This document shows, piece by piece, positions 16,649 through 30,479 of a stretch of 64,000 nucleotides of DNA; position 1 is the first letter of the stretch; the number at the start of each line of letters is the position of its first letter. Source of the DNA: Octopus vulgaris (lineage: Eukaryota); contig OX597824.1 of assembly GCA_951406725.2 (NCBI GenBank), positions 69,998,001 to 70,062,000 of the forward strand. Direction: 5' to 3'. The notes below the pieces were generated by a model. It ran no database searches. It was not told where the DNA came from and saw only the letters and a list, made by a program, of their open reading frames with translations. The position numbers were made by a program, and so were the translations under genes.

Positions 16649-18168
16649 CCTACTTCTACTACTACTACTACCACTACTACTACCACACTATCACCACCGT
16701 CACTGCTTCTACCACCACTACCATCAACTACAACAACCACCATCACCACTACTACCACCACTACTACTACTACTACTACAACCACACTATCACACCACCA
16801 CTACACTACTACTACCAACAACAACTACCACCACTACAACTACCACTAACTCCACCTGTACATCCTTTGACAATTGCGATAAACTCACCATCATCACCAA
16901 CATCTCTACCACCGCCTCCATCTCCACTACCACACCACCATCACTACCACCACTACCACCAACACCACCAATAACAAGAACAGCACTTCTACCACTACCA
17001 TCACAACACCAACACCACCACCTCTACTACAACTACCGACAATAATGACAGCCACCAACACTACAACCACCACCAGTACTTCCTGTATTTTGACTATTGC
17101 CATTAATACTACCACCAACACCACTACCACCGCCAAGAACAACAACAACCACAACAACAACACCAATAATGACACCACTAATACCACCACCAAGAACAAC
17201 AACACCACCACTACCAATAACAACGACAGCACCACCTTGACTACCATCCCAGCCACCACCTCCACCACCATTCCCACCACTACTACCACCATAACAACAG
17301 CACCACCGACACCACTACCACCATGAGCACAATTACCAACAGCAACGACAACCACCGCAACCAATACTGTTACTGCCTACTGACACCGCACCACCACAAC
17401 TATTACCACCATCACCATCACCACTACCACCACTACCACCACAACAACCGTCACCCACACCTCCACTACTACCACCATCAGCGATACCTGTGTTAACTAC
17501 CGCCATTAACACCATCGAAACATCACGACCAATCAGCGTTGCACACCCCAACCAAACATCAACATTCCACCTTCAATACCACCACCAACGCTACCGCCAC
17601 CATTACCACTACTACCATCATCTTTATCCTCATCACCTCCATCGTCACCACTATCGGTGGCATCATTGTCATCAACACCAATGGCTTCGCAATTTAATGT
17701 GATCGTTTAGTTGCTAAAACCGACAAAAACCATCAGAGAACATCGGTCGCCCCAACCAAGCACCGTCGTCGCTTCCTCCACTAAATACCCTATCAATATG
17801 TCTACGGCAAGAACTCCTGTCCCTCCTCCCACCGCCTCCCATACTATCGCTGCTTCCAGTACAAAAACCACAGCCGTCACCACCACCACCACCACCACCA
17901 GCAACAACAACACCATCATAGATAGACATAGTATCACTACTTACTCCATCAAGACATCGATCGTTAATTGCTCCAACACCACCGCCACTATCACCTCCGC
18001 AGCCGGTGCGAACATAACCACCAACACTACCACCTTCTCCTCCTCCTCCTCTACTACTACTACCACTGCAGCCGCCGCGAACATCACGACCACACCACTA
18101 TTACTCCACGCCATCGCTCCTAACATTGCCAGCTCCAGGGCCCCATCACCACCCACCGTCTCCTCCAT
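16515..18168. repeat. Long degenerate (ACC/ACT/ACA)n low-complexity tract
   Basis: Period-3 C/A-rich sequence; the poly-Thr and poly-Val ORFs are by-products. Confidence 0.85.
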
Positions 18169-18169
18169 C

Positions 18170-18380
18170 TACTCTTTTACTTGTTTCAGTCATTTGACTG
18201 TGGCCATGCTGCAGCACCACCCCCAGTACTTATTCTATGTAAGCCTTTTTTTTTTTGACGAACCGCTAAGTTACGGGGATGTAAACACACCAGCATCGGT
18301 TGTCAAGCGATGTTGGGGGGACAAACAGACACACAAACATATACGTACATATACATATATACGCACAAACATATACGCAC

Positions 18381-18442
<62 letters not shown>

Positions 18443-18632
18443 GTATATATATATATACATAACATATAAATATATACATATATACCACAGGCTTCTTTCT
18501 ACCAAATCCACTCACAAGGCTTTGGTTGGCCCAAGATTATAGTAGAAGACACTTGACCAAGGTGCCACGCAGTGGGACTGAACCCGTAACCATGCGGCTC
18601 GTAAGCAAGCTACTTACCATACAGCCACTCCT
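18170..18632 (-). mobile_element. SINE family B
   Basis: Tail CTTTTACTTGTTTCAGTCATTTGACTG through head CAGCCACTCCT. Confidence 0.85.
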
Positions 18633-19169
18633 AAGCCTTGCTGATGGTCAAAATATCACCATCAACCATCAACGCCGTCCACTCGAACCAATGAGAGACC
18701 CTCTCTATGGTCACTCAATTCGCTATAAAAAGCAGTGAAACCTAAAATTACATCTTGGAAAATCGGAAGGGCACATTGGATTACGTAATCTTACAAGACC
18801 GGGATGGTCACGGCGGGAATGTTTTTGATCATGGGTCTGTTCAATCAGGGTTGGTTTAAGACCAACCATCAACTACAAAAGGTATTGTTGTTATAACTAC
18901 CACCATCACCACCACCACCACCACCACCATTATCATTATCAATGTCATCATTATCAATACCATCATTCACCTCATCATCATCATCGTCGTCGTCGTCGTC
19001 GTCATCATCAACAACGACAACACTAACTACTGCTACACCCTCTACTACTGCCACTGCCTAACCGTCATAAGTATCACACCACGCTACCATGTCCACCACC
19101 ACAACAACAACTACAACGAAATCAATTACCACCGCCACGACCACCACCACAACTATCAGCACCATTACT

Positions 19170-19215
<46 letters not shown>

Positions 19216-19529
19216 CACTACTACTAAACAAGTTCTTCTCACCGCAAACATTTTGACGCCTTGTTCTCTGTGATGTTTATATAATTCCCAACATCAAATG
19301 AGAGGAAGATGGGAAACGATGTGTACATTATATATAAAGATGAGAAGAGAGGAGGAGAAAGTGAGAGAGAATGGGTGAAGTCTGAGAAAAAAGGGGGAGA
19401 GGAAAAAGAAAATATAAGAAAGAAAGAAAGAAGCAATTAGAGGCGAAGTTGGGTGGAGGAGGTGAATGGCGAGGGGAGAAAGAAATTTTGGAAAATACAG
19501 CAGAGAAAGGATTCTCTTTTACTCTTACT

Positions 19530-20191
19530 CTCTTTTACTCTTTTACTTGTTTCAGTCATTTGACTGCGGCCATGCTGGAGCACCGCCTTTAGTCGAGCAA
19601 ATCGACCCCGGGACTTATTCTTTTGTAAGCCCAGTACTTATTCTGTCAGTCTCTTTTGCCGAACCGCTAAGTGACGGGGACGTAAACACACCAGCATCGG
19701 TTGTCAAGCAATGCTAGGGGGACAAACACAGACACACAAACATATACACACACACTTATATATATATATACATATATACGACAGGCTTCTTTCAGTTTCC
19801 GTCTACCAAATCCACTCACAAGGCATTGGTCGGCCCGGGGCTATAGCAGAAGACACTTGCCCAAGATTTATTCTTTGTAAGCCCAGTACTTATTCTATCA
19901 GTCTCTTTTGCCGAACCGCTAAGTGACGGGGACGTAAACACACCAGCATCGGTTGTCAAGCAATGCTAGGGGGACAAACACAGACACACAAACATATACA
20001 CACACACTTATATATATATATACATATATATGACAGGCTTCTTTCAGTTTCCGTCTACCAAATCCACTCACAAGGCATTGGTCGGCCCGGGGCTATAGCA
20101 GAAGACACTTGCCCAAGATGCCGCGCAGTGGGACTGAACCCGGAACCATGTGGTTGGTTAGCAAGCTACTTACCACACAGCCACTCCTGCG
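19530..20191 (-). mobile_element. SINE family B with an internal 252-bp tandem duplication
   Basis: ~19616-19867 is repeated at ~19868-20119; identical ORF starts at 19711 and 19963. Confidence 0.9.
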
Positions 20192-20204
20192 CAGAGATAG
20201 TGTT

Positions 20205-21235
20205 TGTAATTTAGGTTCAAAACCTGAAATTTAGAGGGAAAATGATTTTGCTGTTTATATCGATCTCAGTACATAACTGGTACATTATTTTAATCGACTC
20301 TGAACGGATGAAAGGCAAAGTTGACCCAAACGGGATTTGAACTCGGAGTGTAAAGAGTCAAAAGCAAATACCACTCGGCATTACGATTCTGCCAGCAAAT
20401 ATTTGTTGGCATTTAGGCAACGAGATGGTAAACTGGTGGAATCGTTTGCATGCCGGACAAAATGTTTAGCGGTATTTCTTCCAGTTCTTTTCACGTTCTG
20501 TGTTCAAATTCAACCGAGGTCAACTTTGCCTTTCGTCCTTTCCGGGTTGACAAAATAAGTGCTGGTTGAGCACTGGGGTCGATGTAATCGACTTACCCGC
20601 TCACCCGAAATTGCTGGCCTTGTGCCAAAATTTGAAACGAGTAACTTCAAAATTTGGAGGCGAAATTGCCCAGTGGTTAGGACAGCGGACTCGCGGTCGG
20701 ATCTTTCGTCTGGATCTTTAAGTTCCGATTTCACAAATTCCGCTCAAGTTGACTTGAGATCGAGATCGATAAAATAAGTCCCGGTTGAATACTGGAGCCG
20801 ATGTGATCGAAATTCCCCAACAAATTTCAGGCCCTGTGCCTAGCCTACATTCTATCTATCACTGGCAAAATTTAGGTGCGGAGGGGAGAGGTTTCGCCGA
20901 TTACATCAACTACACTATATGACTGGTATTGTATTTTATCAACCACACAGATGAATGAAAGTTGGCCGAGGTGGGATTCGAACTCGAAATGTACAGAACT
21001 AAAAGTAACACCGTAAGGCTTTTATTGATGTTGCAACGAATCTGAAAGTAATAATGGTTTCAAATTTTGGCATCGCACTAGCAGTTCTAAGAGGAGGGGG
21101 CTGGTCGATAACATCGACCCCAATGTTTGACTGGTACTTATTTTATCGATCTGATGTGTGAAATGCTAGGTCGACCTCGTCTGAAACCAGAAAGTAAATA
21201 CGAGCGAAATATCGCTAAGCATTTTGTCGGGCATT
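20205..21235. mobile_element. Cluster of about five old SINE C copies in both orientations
   Basis: Repeated degenerate GGATGAAAGGCAAAG / CTTTGCCTTTC and CTGGTAC motifs. The copy at ~20655 starts with a family-A-type head. Confidence 0.7.
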
Positions 21236-21532
21236 CTTTTATTCTTTTACTTGTTTCAGCCATTTGACTGCGGCCATGCTGGGGCACCGTCTTACCGAAC
21301 CGCTAACTTACGGGAAACATACCAGCATCGGTTGTCAAGCGATGGCAGGGGGAATAAACACACATACACATGAATATATATATATATATGTCGAGTTTGT
21401 TTCAGTTTCCGTCTACTAAATCTACTCACGACGCTTTGGTCGCCCCAGAGACACTTGCCACGCAATGGGACTGAACCCGGAACCATGTGTTTGGGAAGCT
21501 AGCTTCTTTTCTTACCACACAGCTACGCCTGC
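21236..21532 (-). mobile_element. SINE family B, internally deleted
   Basis: Family tail and head motifs are both present. Confidence 0.8.
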
Positions 21533-21844
21533 AAAAATTAATTATGATTTCTGAATTAAACACAAGGCAAATAATTTTTTTTGGGGGGGGGGAATGACCT
21601 AGTTGATATTGTCAACAGAAGTAGTTGACTGGTTCTTTATTTTATCGATACACACAGTTAACAGCGGTAGGATTTGAACCCAGATCGTAAATAGGCGAAA
21701 GAAATACTGCAAGGCTCTGACGACTCTATGCGTCACTTTCTGTCAGCTACACATGAAGAAGAGAAAGCGATGTGTTTAAGTTAAAGCTACGGGGAGAATG
21801 ATAGCGCTTTGTCGAACACCCCAACTTCATTTACATATCGTTTA

Positions 21845-22523
<679 letters not shown>

Positions 22524-22619
22524 ATAGTCTGAGACCATTGACCCTTCTTGCTCGCAAATAGGTGCTTGAGTGTATGTATATGTGTACGAATCATATATGT
22601 GTGTGTATGATATATGTAC

Positions 22620-23178
22620 GTGGAGGCGCGTGACTTAATGGTTAGGGTGTCAGCATCATAATCGTAAGATTGTGGTTTCGATTCCTGGACCGGGCGACTC
22701 GTTGTGTTCTTGAGCAAAACTCTTCATTTCACATTGATCCAGTCCACTCAGCTGGCAAAAATGAGTAACGCTGCGATGGACTAGCATCCCGTCTAGCTGG
22801 GGAACACATACACCATTGAAACCGGGATACCGGGCCTATGAGCCTGGCTAGGCTTTAAAAGGACGCGTTTGTGGAGGCACAATGGCCCAGTGGTTAGGGC
22901 AGCGGACTCGCGGTCGGAGGATCGCGGTTTCGATTACCAGACCGGACGTTGTGTGTTTATTGAGCGAAAACACCCAAAAGTTCCACGAGTCTCCGGCAGG
23001 GGGAGAGGCGGCCCCTGTTGTACTCCTTCACCCCAACTTTCTCTCATACTTTCTTCCTGTTTCTTGAGTAACGTTGCGATGGACTGACGTCCCGTCCAGC
23101 TGGGGGGAGCACATACGACACAGAAACCGGGAAACCGGGCCCATGAGCCAGGCTAAGCTTGAAAAGAGCGCAGAAATA
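22620..23178 (+). mobile_element. Two head-to-tail family-A-related SINEs (22620-22868 and 22871-23178)
   Basis: Heads GTGGAGGCGCGTGACTTAATGG and GTGGAGGCACAATGGCCCAGTGG; B-box GGTTTCGATT; shared 3' part GCGATGGACT...CCAGCTGGGG...ATGAGCC. Confidence 0.8.
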
Positions 23179-23672
23179 AATAGAAAAGATAAATGATATA
23201 TATATATATATATATATATATACACTTATATATAAACTGGAAATCTAAATAAATAGTCGTTACAAATACTGCTTCCGTCGCTTTTAGCTAACTTATACAC
23301 AACCCACCAGTTCTTTTGCGACGTCACTGACTATTTAGTCAGTATTAAGCTACATTGGTTTGTCTGATTTTCGATTTAGTATTCGTTGGTTGGGTGCCTG
23401 TCGGTTATGATGCGCAATGTACCCTGAAGCAATGTGGCACAAGAGTCACATGAAATTTCATGAAATTATACGATCTGTGTTTCTGTAGCACCATGCATCA
23501 ATATAACAGGATTACTCAAGACAATTACCGCAGTCTACGGCGTTTGGAACAACATATCCAAATTAAGGTGAATGTACCAATTATTTCGCACACACACAGA
23601 CACACGCACACATATATAACATGCATACTTATACACACTTATACACACTTATACATACTTATATACATACAT

Positions 23673-23838
23673 AGGCGCAGGAGTGGCTGTGTGGTAAGTA
23701 GCTTGCTAACCAACCACATTGTTCCGGGTTCAGTCCCACTGCGTGGCATCTTGGGCAAGTGTCTTCTGCTATAGCCCCGGGCCGACCAATGCCTTGTGAG
23801 TGGATTTGGTAGACGGAAACTGAAAGAAGCCTGTCGTA

Positions 23839-23904
<66 letters not shown>

Positions 23905-24130
23905 AGTGTATGTGTTTGTGTGTCTGTGTCTGTCCCCCTAGCATTGCTTGACAACCGATGCTGGTGTGTTTACGTCCCCGTAACTTAGCGGTTCGGCAAA
24001 AGAGACCGATAGAATAAGTACTGGGCTTACAAAGAATAAGTCCCGGGGTCGATTTGCTCGACTAAAGGCGGTGCTCCAGCATGGCCGCAGTCAAATGACT
24101 GAAACAAGTAAAAGAAAAGAGTAAAAGAGT
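23673..24130 (+). mobile_element. SINE family B, full-length reference copy
   Basis: tRNA-like head (TGGCTGTGTGG, GGTTCAGTCCC), internal (TA)n(TG)n, and a (GTAAAAGA)n tail. Confidence 0.9.
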
Positions 24131-24240
24131 ATACGTATACACACTTATACATACTTATATACATACATACATACATACATACAGACAGACAGACAGACAA
24201 ACAAACATATATACGTACATACATGTAAATATATGCATGA

Positions 24241-24593
24241 CTCGCCAGGAGAGAGAAAAAGCATTCCAATGATATGCTCAAAGCTTCACAGAAGGGTTTT
24301 GAGATCAACCCCGGCATATGGGGAACGCAAATGCCAGTCTGCCTAGTCTAGCAACGCTCCATCAACAGAAGTGCCACCTCCTACGTCCAGAACAAGATTT
24401 CAAGGGCAGAAATAAAACGCAACCCTGAGCAAGTCCAGAGTTAATTGCTCGCCTTCAGCCCCAGCAGACAACCTCTGCCCAACCTGCGGCAGAGCCTTCC
24501 GGCCACGCGTCAGACTGGTCAGCCACAGCCGGACACGCCGTGCTCAGTCTTCTCTCATGGGATGTTCTTGGGTATCGTCGGCAATGGACGAAC
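24241..24593 (+). pseudogene. RTE-clade (BovB-like) LINE 3' end, decayed ORF
   Basis: Translates as KKHSNDMLKASQKGFEINPGIW...*QRSINRSATSYVQNKISRAEIKR and, after a frameshift, CPTCGRAFRPRVRLVSHSRT. This matches the RTE C-terminal zinc-finger-like end; short 3' UTR ends in GGACGAAC. Confidence 0.8.
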
Positions 24594-24671
24594 TAAAGTA
24601 TGAAGGCGCAAAGATTAGTGGATAGGGTGTTGCCCTCACGATTATGATATCATGATTTATATGTATGTATG

Positions 24672-24782
<111 letters not shown>

Positions 24783-24881
24783 CATACACATACATATATA
24801 CATTCATATATATAGATAGATACATACATACATATATACACACACACACATATATATATGCATATTTGTATATACATATTT

Positions 24882-24917
<36 letters not shown>

Positions 24918-25162
24918 GCATAAACATACACAAATACATATAAACCCATGTGCATGTATATGTGTGTACGTGTATATATATATATACACATATGGCTTTG
25001 GTGGAACAAAAAGGATAAACAGAACTGAAACTATGAGTATTCCATATTATTTTTGATCGACAGAAATTAAAAAGCGAATCGAGGGCCGAAAGTTTGATGA
25101 GTGCTGTGTACGAAACTTTCAGCCTGTGTATCACTTTGTAACTCCTGCCAATTAAAAAATAA

Positions 25163-25239
<77 letters not shown>

Positions 25240-25570
25240 TGGTTTTTCATTGGCTGTCTCTTTTTCTTTGCAAAAGGAGTGATATATCTTGTAAAGTCTC
25301 TCGCTATTCTATCTTTTTTTACCCCTCGTTAGTGAACTAAACGAAGTGAAATGAAGTGGAATGAAGTACATCATGTAATCTTTATATAATTACATTAAAT
25401 TTGATTTTGTTTTCTTCCCTCGTTTCAACTATAAAGTCCTTATTATTCGTATATAGAAGCTGATGTCTTGATTTTCGTTGAATCCTTTCAGTACGAAACT
25501 ATTAAGGTACTATTAATTACATTACTTACACGACAAAAAGAAAAGTTAGATGCAAACACGCACACGCACG

Positions 25571-25613
<43 letters not shown>

Positions 25614-25844
25614 ACATACTTGCGTGCGTATGCACGTTAGTACACATGTGCGTATGCACACACATACACAAGTGTTATCCTCGTTGAATTTTGTTCCGTT
25701 AAAATGGGCTTATTTCAAATTTAGTACTCAATGCTTGATATAAATATAGAGTTCTATATTATTTCATTTAAGGTGTTAACTACAATCGTTTCAACCTACA
25801 CTTGGTTAATACTATATCAGTTGAAACAATCGTAGTACTAAGTC

Positions 25845-25910
<66 letters not shown>

Positions 25911-25952
25911 GTATATTTATTAATTAATTATTTTATTATTCTAGTTTATTTT

Positions 25953-26041
25953 TAACCTGATGAGTGACTATATTTATATCGAAATGATTTTACTACTACT
26001 ATAATCATTTCTTAAATATAGCCACGAAACACGTGTCGTTA
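25953..26041 (+). ncRNA. Type I hammerhead ribozyme
   Basis: taac CTGATGA gtgactatattta..(gaaatgatt/aatcatttc)..taaatatagccac GAAA cacgtg TC gtta: complete core, three stems, GUC cleavage triplet after 26037. Confidence 0.85.
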
Positions 26042-26202
26042 TTCTACCAATTATATACGTTTTTATTATTTTTTTGCAATTTACTTAATCATTGACATTT
26101 TACTGTTATTTTTAATTTCAATATTTCTATATTATGTAATTTTCTAGATGGTGTAATTTAATTGTTCATTTTGAATTGATAAAAGGTTGTTTTTTTCTAA
26201 TT

Positions 26203-26312
<110 letters not shown>

Positions 26313-26358
26313 CATATATATATATACATATATATATATACAATTATAGATATATATA

Positions 26359-26447
<89 letters not shown>

Positions 26448-26450
<3 letters not shown>

Positions 26451-27170
26451 GTCATCGGTATCACTCGGGCTCATCACAGATTTCGCATAAGGCACATTCC
26501 TGCACGAAGAATTTGCGCTATATTTTCTCAATTTCTAAGTTAAGGGTAAAAATGAAGCAACCCTGCAAAACCCAACTGATTTTTACATATGGACGCACAG
26601 AATAACAGCAATCAAATGACGACATCGGAGTGCACAACAAACATCAGTGATCTGACTGTCACCTGTACTCCTGACAAGAGATGCCAGTTAGTCTTTTACA
26701 CCTACCAGACTCGTTCGTAATACACGAGTTGCTGGATTATTTTTCGTTCCTTTAAGAATATTGTAGAACGGAATCTTTTCATAGATTGGAATTTAAATCC
26801 TAATCTCTATAGAAATTTATTGTTTCAAGAAAGGACTTCATTTGAAATACTTTTAATTTTTTCAAATATAGATAACAACGCGGGCTGTATTTTCTACGCC
26901 CGAGTCAGACACATGTGAACAATGTCGAGAGAACGTCTGCTATGAATGATATTTTTTGACACAGGGCACCTCTAAGACGACTGCCAGACGCCGAGCGAAA
27001 ATACATTTACTGCGACCAGATTTAATAAAAGGAGCCCGAGTTTTTGGCTGCAATTACATACTTCAAGACAGTGTTGGCAGAAATTAAATCAGCTTGCAAA
27101 TACATGACCACTGTACTAAATTTATACTTGGGCTAAGCCCGAACAGCCCGAGTGCCGGAGTCGCCACTAA
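26448..27170. mobile_element. Possible degenerate DNA-transposon remnant (hAT-like end)
   Basis: Unique block between (TA)n and (GATA)n. The right end reads TAGTGGCGACTCCGGCACTCGGGCT on the minus strand; CTCGGGC/GCCCGAG motifs recur internally. Confidence 0.3.
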
Positions 27171-27191
27171 GATATAGATAGATAGATAGAC

Positions 27192-27350
<159 letters not shown>

Positions 27351-28984
27351 TTCTAGATTTGTTTCGTTGTTTTAAACTATCTTGATCGAGCAGACGTTCC
27401 AGGCATGAGCATTATGTCGACATCTTAGAGTGAGCGTTTCTAGGGTCCCATTACAAAGTTTCCTGCTCGCTTCAAAGACGTTAGAGTATAATTTGAGGAG
27501 AATGTAGCTGTTATTTCCAGCAGCTCTATCTACCTAACTCCATAGTTATTTGTCTCTCCCATCTTTATCTATTTATCTGCTCATCCTCGTATCTATCGCT
27601 CCATCTATCTCCGCTTTCCTCTTTCTATTCCATCCCACCCAACGGTTCTTCCCTCCCCTACACACGCTTCTTTTCTCGCTAGTCCCTCGCAGTGTTAAAG
27701 GTCACTTCACAACAAGCGAAACTGCCGTCACAGTCCCCCCCCCCGCCGCTGCCAGCATCGAGCTTTTTAACCACACGCCACCAACCCATCGCCTTACCCC
27801 GTGACGCAGTCGACATAACATAAGCATCTTCACCCACCGCCATCACCATTTAGGCTCATGTACTTCAACTGTGTAAGCAAGCAATAAGCCATCTCTCGAA
27901 GATTTATTTCTCCCTACGGAGATCCCCTTGTGTTGTTAGAGGTCGTTCAACAACATTTTAAGGTCTTGTCAAGTTTGTAAACTCCCTTCTCTTACCTCCT
28001 TTCTCTTTTGTCTACCCCGCTCCCTATCTCTCCCTCTCCCTCCTTCCTCTCCTTCGTTTGTTCTCGCTGTTCACACGCGCTCCTCTACATACATACACAC
28101 TTCACACGTCTCGGCTCCTACTTCCATTTAATTGAACAGTCAGCAGGCAGATAGTCAGTCAGTCAATCCGCCATGTTTCTTTCTCCGTCTCTTTATCTTT
28201 AACTTTATCTTTATCTTTCAAGATGGGTCGTTTAGTAAATGTAAAAAGATCAAGAAAAGACGTGAAAAAGAGGCTAAATATAAATACAAATACAAATACA
28301 AATACAAATATAAATACAAACCTAAATAAAGCAAGAAGATCGCAAAACAAAAACGAAAAGAGAAGAAACAAAATGGCCGCTATTTCTTTTCTTCTGACGA
28401 TTTTACAACAATTATGGTTTCTTTTTATAGTGAGACAAAAGAACAAATTTCGCAGGGTAGGACTGGAATTGATGGCCTTCGACCTTAGTATATTACTGGT
28501 TCTTAAATTATAGAACCCCCTCCTTAAGGATGAAAGGATGACTCGACACAGATAAGATTAAATCACAGAACAAAGACGTGCGTGTGTGCATGCGTGTGTG
28601 TATGCGTTTGTGTATGGGTGCGTATGCGTCTGATTGTGTATGAATGTATGTGGATGTAACCGGCAGATAATACATTGGAGTCGTTTCTGCTTGTCTTCAA
28701 ACCGTTGATCCTTCTCCTGTTTGTTTTTGTTGTTGATTAACCTTAGTCGAAAACTGATTAACCAGGCCTAGCCTATAGATCTATGATAAAGAGATGTTCC
28801 AGTCGTGACCATCGCATCTTTTTATATATCAAACACTGCATTGATCTTCAGGCTCAAGAGGGAAGGTTACTCGTCAGCTTTCATGTGTGTGTGTCTGAGT
28901 GTGTGTGAGTGTATGTGTGTGCACGCGCGTGTGTGCGTACGTATATATATATATTATATTTATATATATAAACGTATATCTTTT

Positions 28985-29207
28985 ATCTTGTATCTTTTAC
29001 TTATTTCAGTCAATAGACTGCAGCCATGCTGCAGCGCCATCTTGAATGGTTTTCGTCGAACAAATCGACCCAGGATCTATCTTGTTTTAAGCCTAGTACT
29101 TATTTGATCGCCTCTATTGCCGAACCGCTAAGTTACGGGGGACATAAATACAGCACCAAGGACACGCACACACAAACACACACATGCGTGCATAAATACA
29201 CACACAT

Positions 29208-29278
<71 letters not shown>

Positions 29279-29330
29279 GGGATTCTTTCAGTTTCCACTT
29301 ATTAAGCTTAGGTCGCCCCTTGACTATAAT
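28985..29330 (-). mobile_element. SINE family B, diverged
   Basis: GACTGCAGCCATGCTG and GCCGAACCGCTAAGTTACGGGG motifs. Confidence 0.75.
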
Positions 29331-29391
29331 ATAAGACTCGAGTTGCATTGTTGAGTATATGTACCACGTGACCTAATTCCATAAATTACAT

Positions 29392-29460
<69 letters not shown>

Positions 29461-29578
29461 AATCAAGGAACGGCCATAATAGGCCATTCACCCACTAGAA
29501 ATAACAGCCAAAGCTTTAACCGCAAAATAACATTAATTCCGTAAACCAGGAGAAAATTAAAAAAACGTTTACCCTGTA

Positions 29579-29685
29579 ATTTCTTATACGATGCACCGTT
29601 TCATCTACTGTTTAATGGTAAACTAACCTGATTAAATTAAATCAAGCCAATCTTCCATAGGCCCTTAGATTCCTCAGTAAGAAAT
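29579..29685 (-). ncRNA. Type I hammerhead ribozyme, copy 1
   Basis: Minus strand reads atttctta CTGAGGA atcta n58 tagat GAAA cggtgcatcg TA taagaaat: 8-bp stem I, 5-bp stem II base, near-palindromic stem III, GUA triplet. Confidence 0.85.
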
Positions 29686-30069
29686 AGCCAGAACGGAACA
29701 GATATTTTCACGAGGCATTTCCGTCCCTGCCTCGGCAATATCTGACCTAAAATTTTCAAATCATCGCACTCGCGCCAAATTTATCGGCAGCAAATAAATA
29801 TAAGCCGCCGATTCCATTACGGAATCAACCAGAAAATTCATAATTAATCAATATAGGGTGGCAAAACAGATTTTGTAGAATTTTTTTTGCCACCAGCGGC
29901 CTAGTGGGAAAAAATTAAATAGTCATAGACCATTTATAGGTTCAACATCACAATCAAGGAACGGCCATAATAGGCCATTCACCCACTAGAAATAACAGCC
30001 AAAGCTTTAACCGCAAAATAACATTAATTCCGTAAACCAGGAGAAAATTAAAAAAACGTTTACCCTGTA

Positions 30070-30176
30070 ATTTCTTATATGATGCACCGTTTCATCTACT
30101 GTTTAATGGTAAACTAACCTGATTAAATTAAATCAAGCCAATCTTCCATAGGCCCTTAGATTCCTCAGTAAGAAAT
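30070..30176 (-). ncRNA. Type I hammerhead ribozyme, copy 2
   Basis: Same as copy 1 except one substitution at 30080, which gives an AUA triplet and a C.A mismatch in stem III. Confidence 0.75.
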
Positions 30177-30303
30177 AGCCAGAACGGAACAGATATTTTC
30201 ACGAGGCATTTCCGTCCCTGCCTCGGCAATATCGGACCTAAAATTTTCAAATCATCGCACTCGCGTCAAATTTTGATTAATATTGATTAATATTGATTAA
30301 TTA

Positions 30304-30347
<44 letters not shown>

Positions 30348-30356
30348 CATATACAT

Positions 30357-30406
<50 letters not shown>

Positions 30407-30479
30407 CTCGGTTGTTGGTGCTATTCTTGTAATTATTATTATTATCACCATCATCATCATCATCATCATCATCATATGT

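Larger units (their letters stand above)
29456..30273 (-). mobile_element. 491-bp tandem repeat (1.67 units) with one hammerhead per unit; retrozyme-like
   Basis: The first 327 bp of the unit 29456-29946 recur at 29947-30273 with 3 substitutions seen; flanked by (TA)n; no ORF. Confidence 0.8.

Noticed and set aside
16511-18469. Mucin-like Thr-rich protein
   Set aside because: Degenerate trinucleotide tract with stops and frame changes that runs into a SINE; no splice or domain support.
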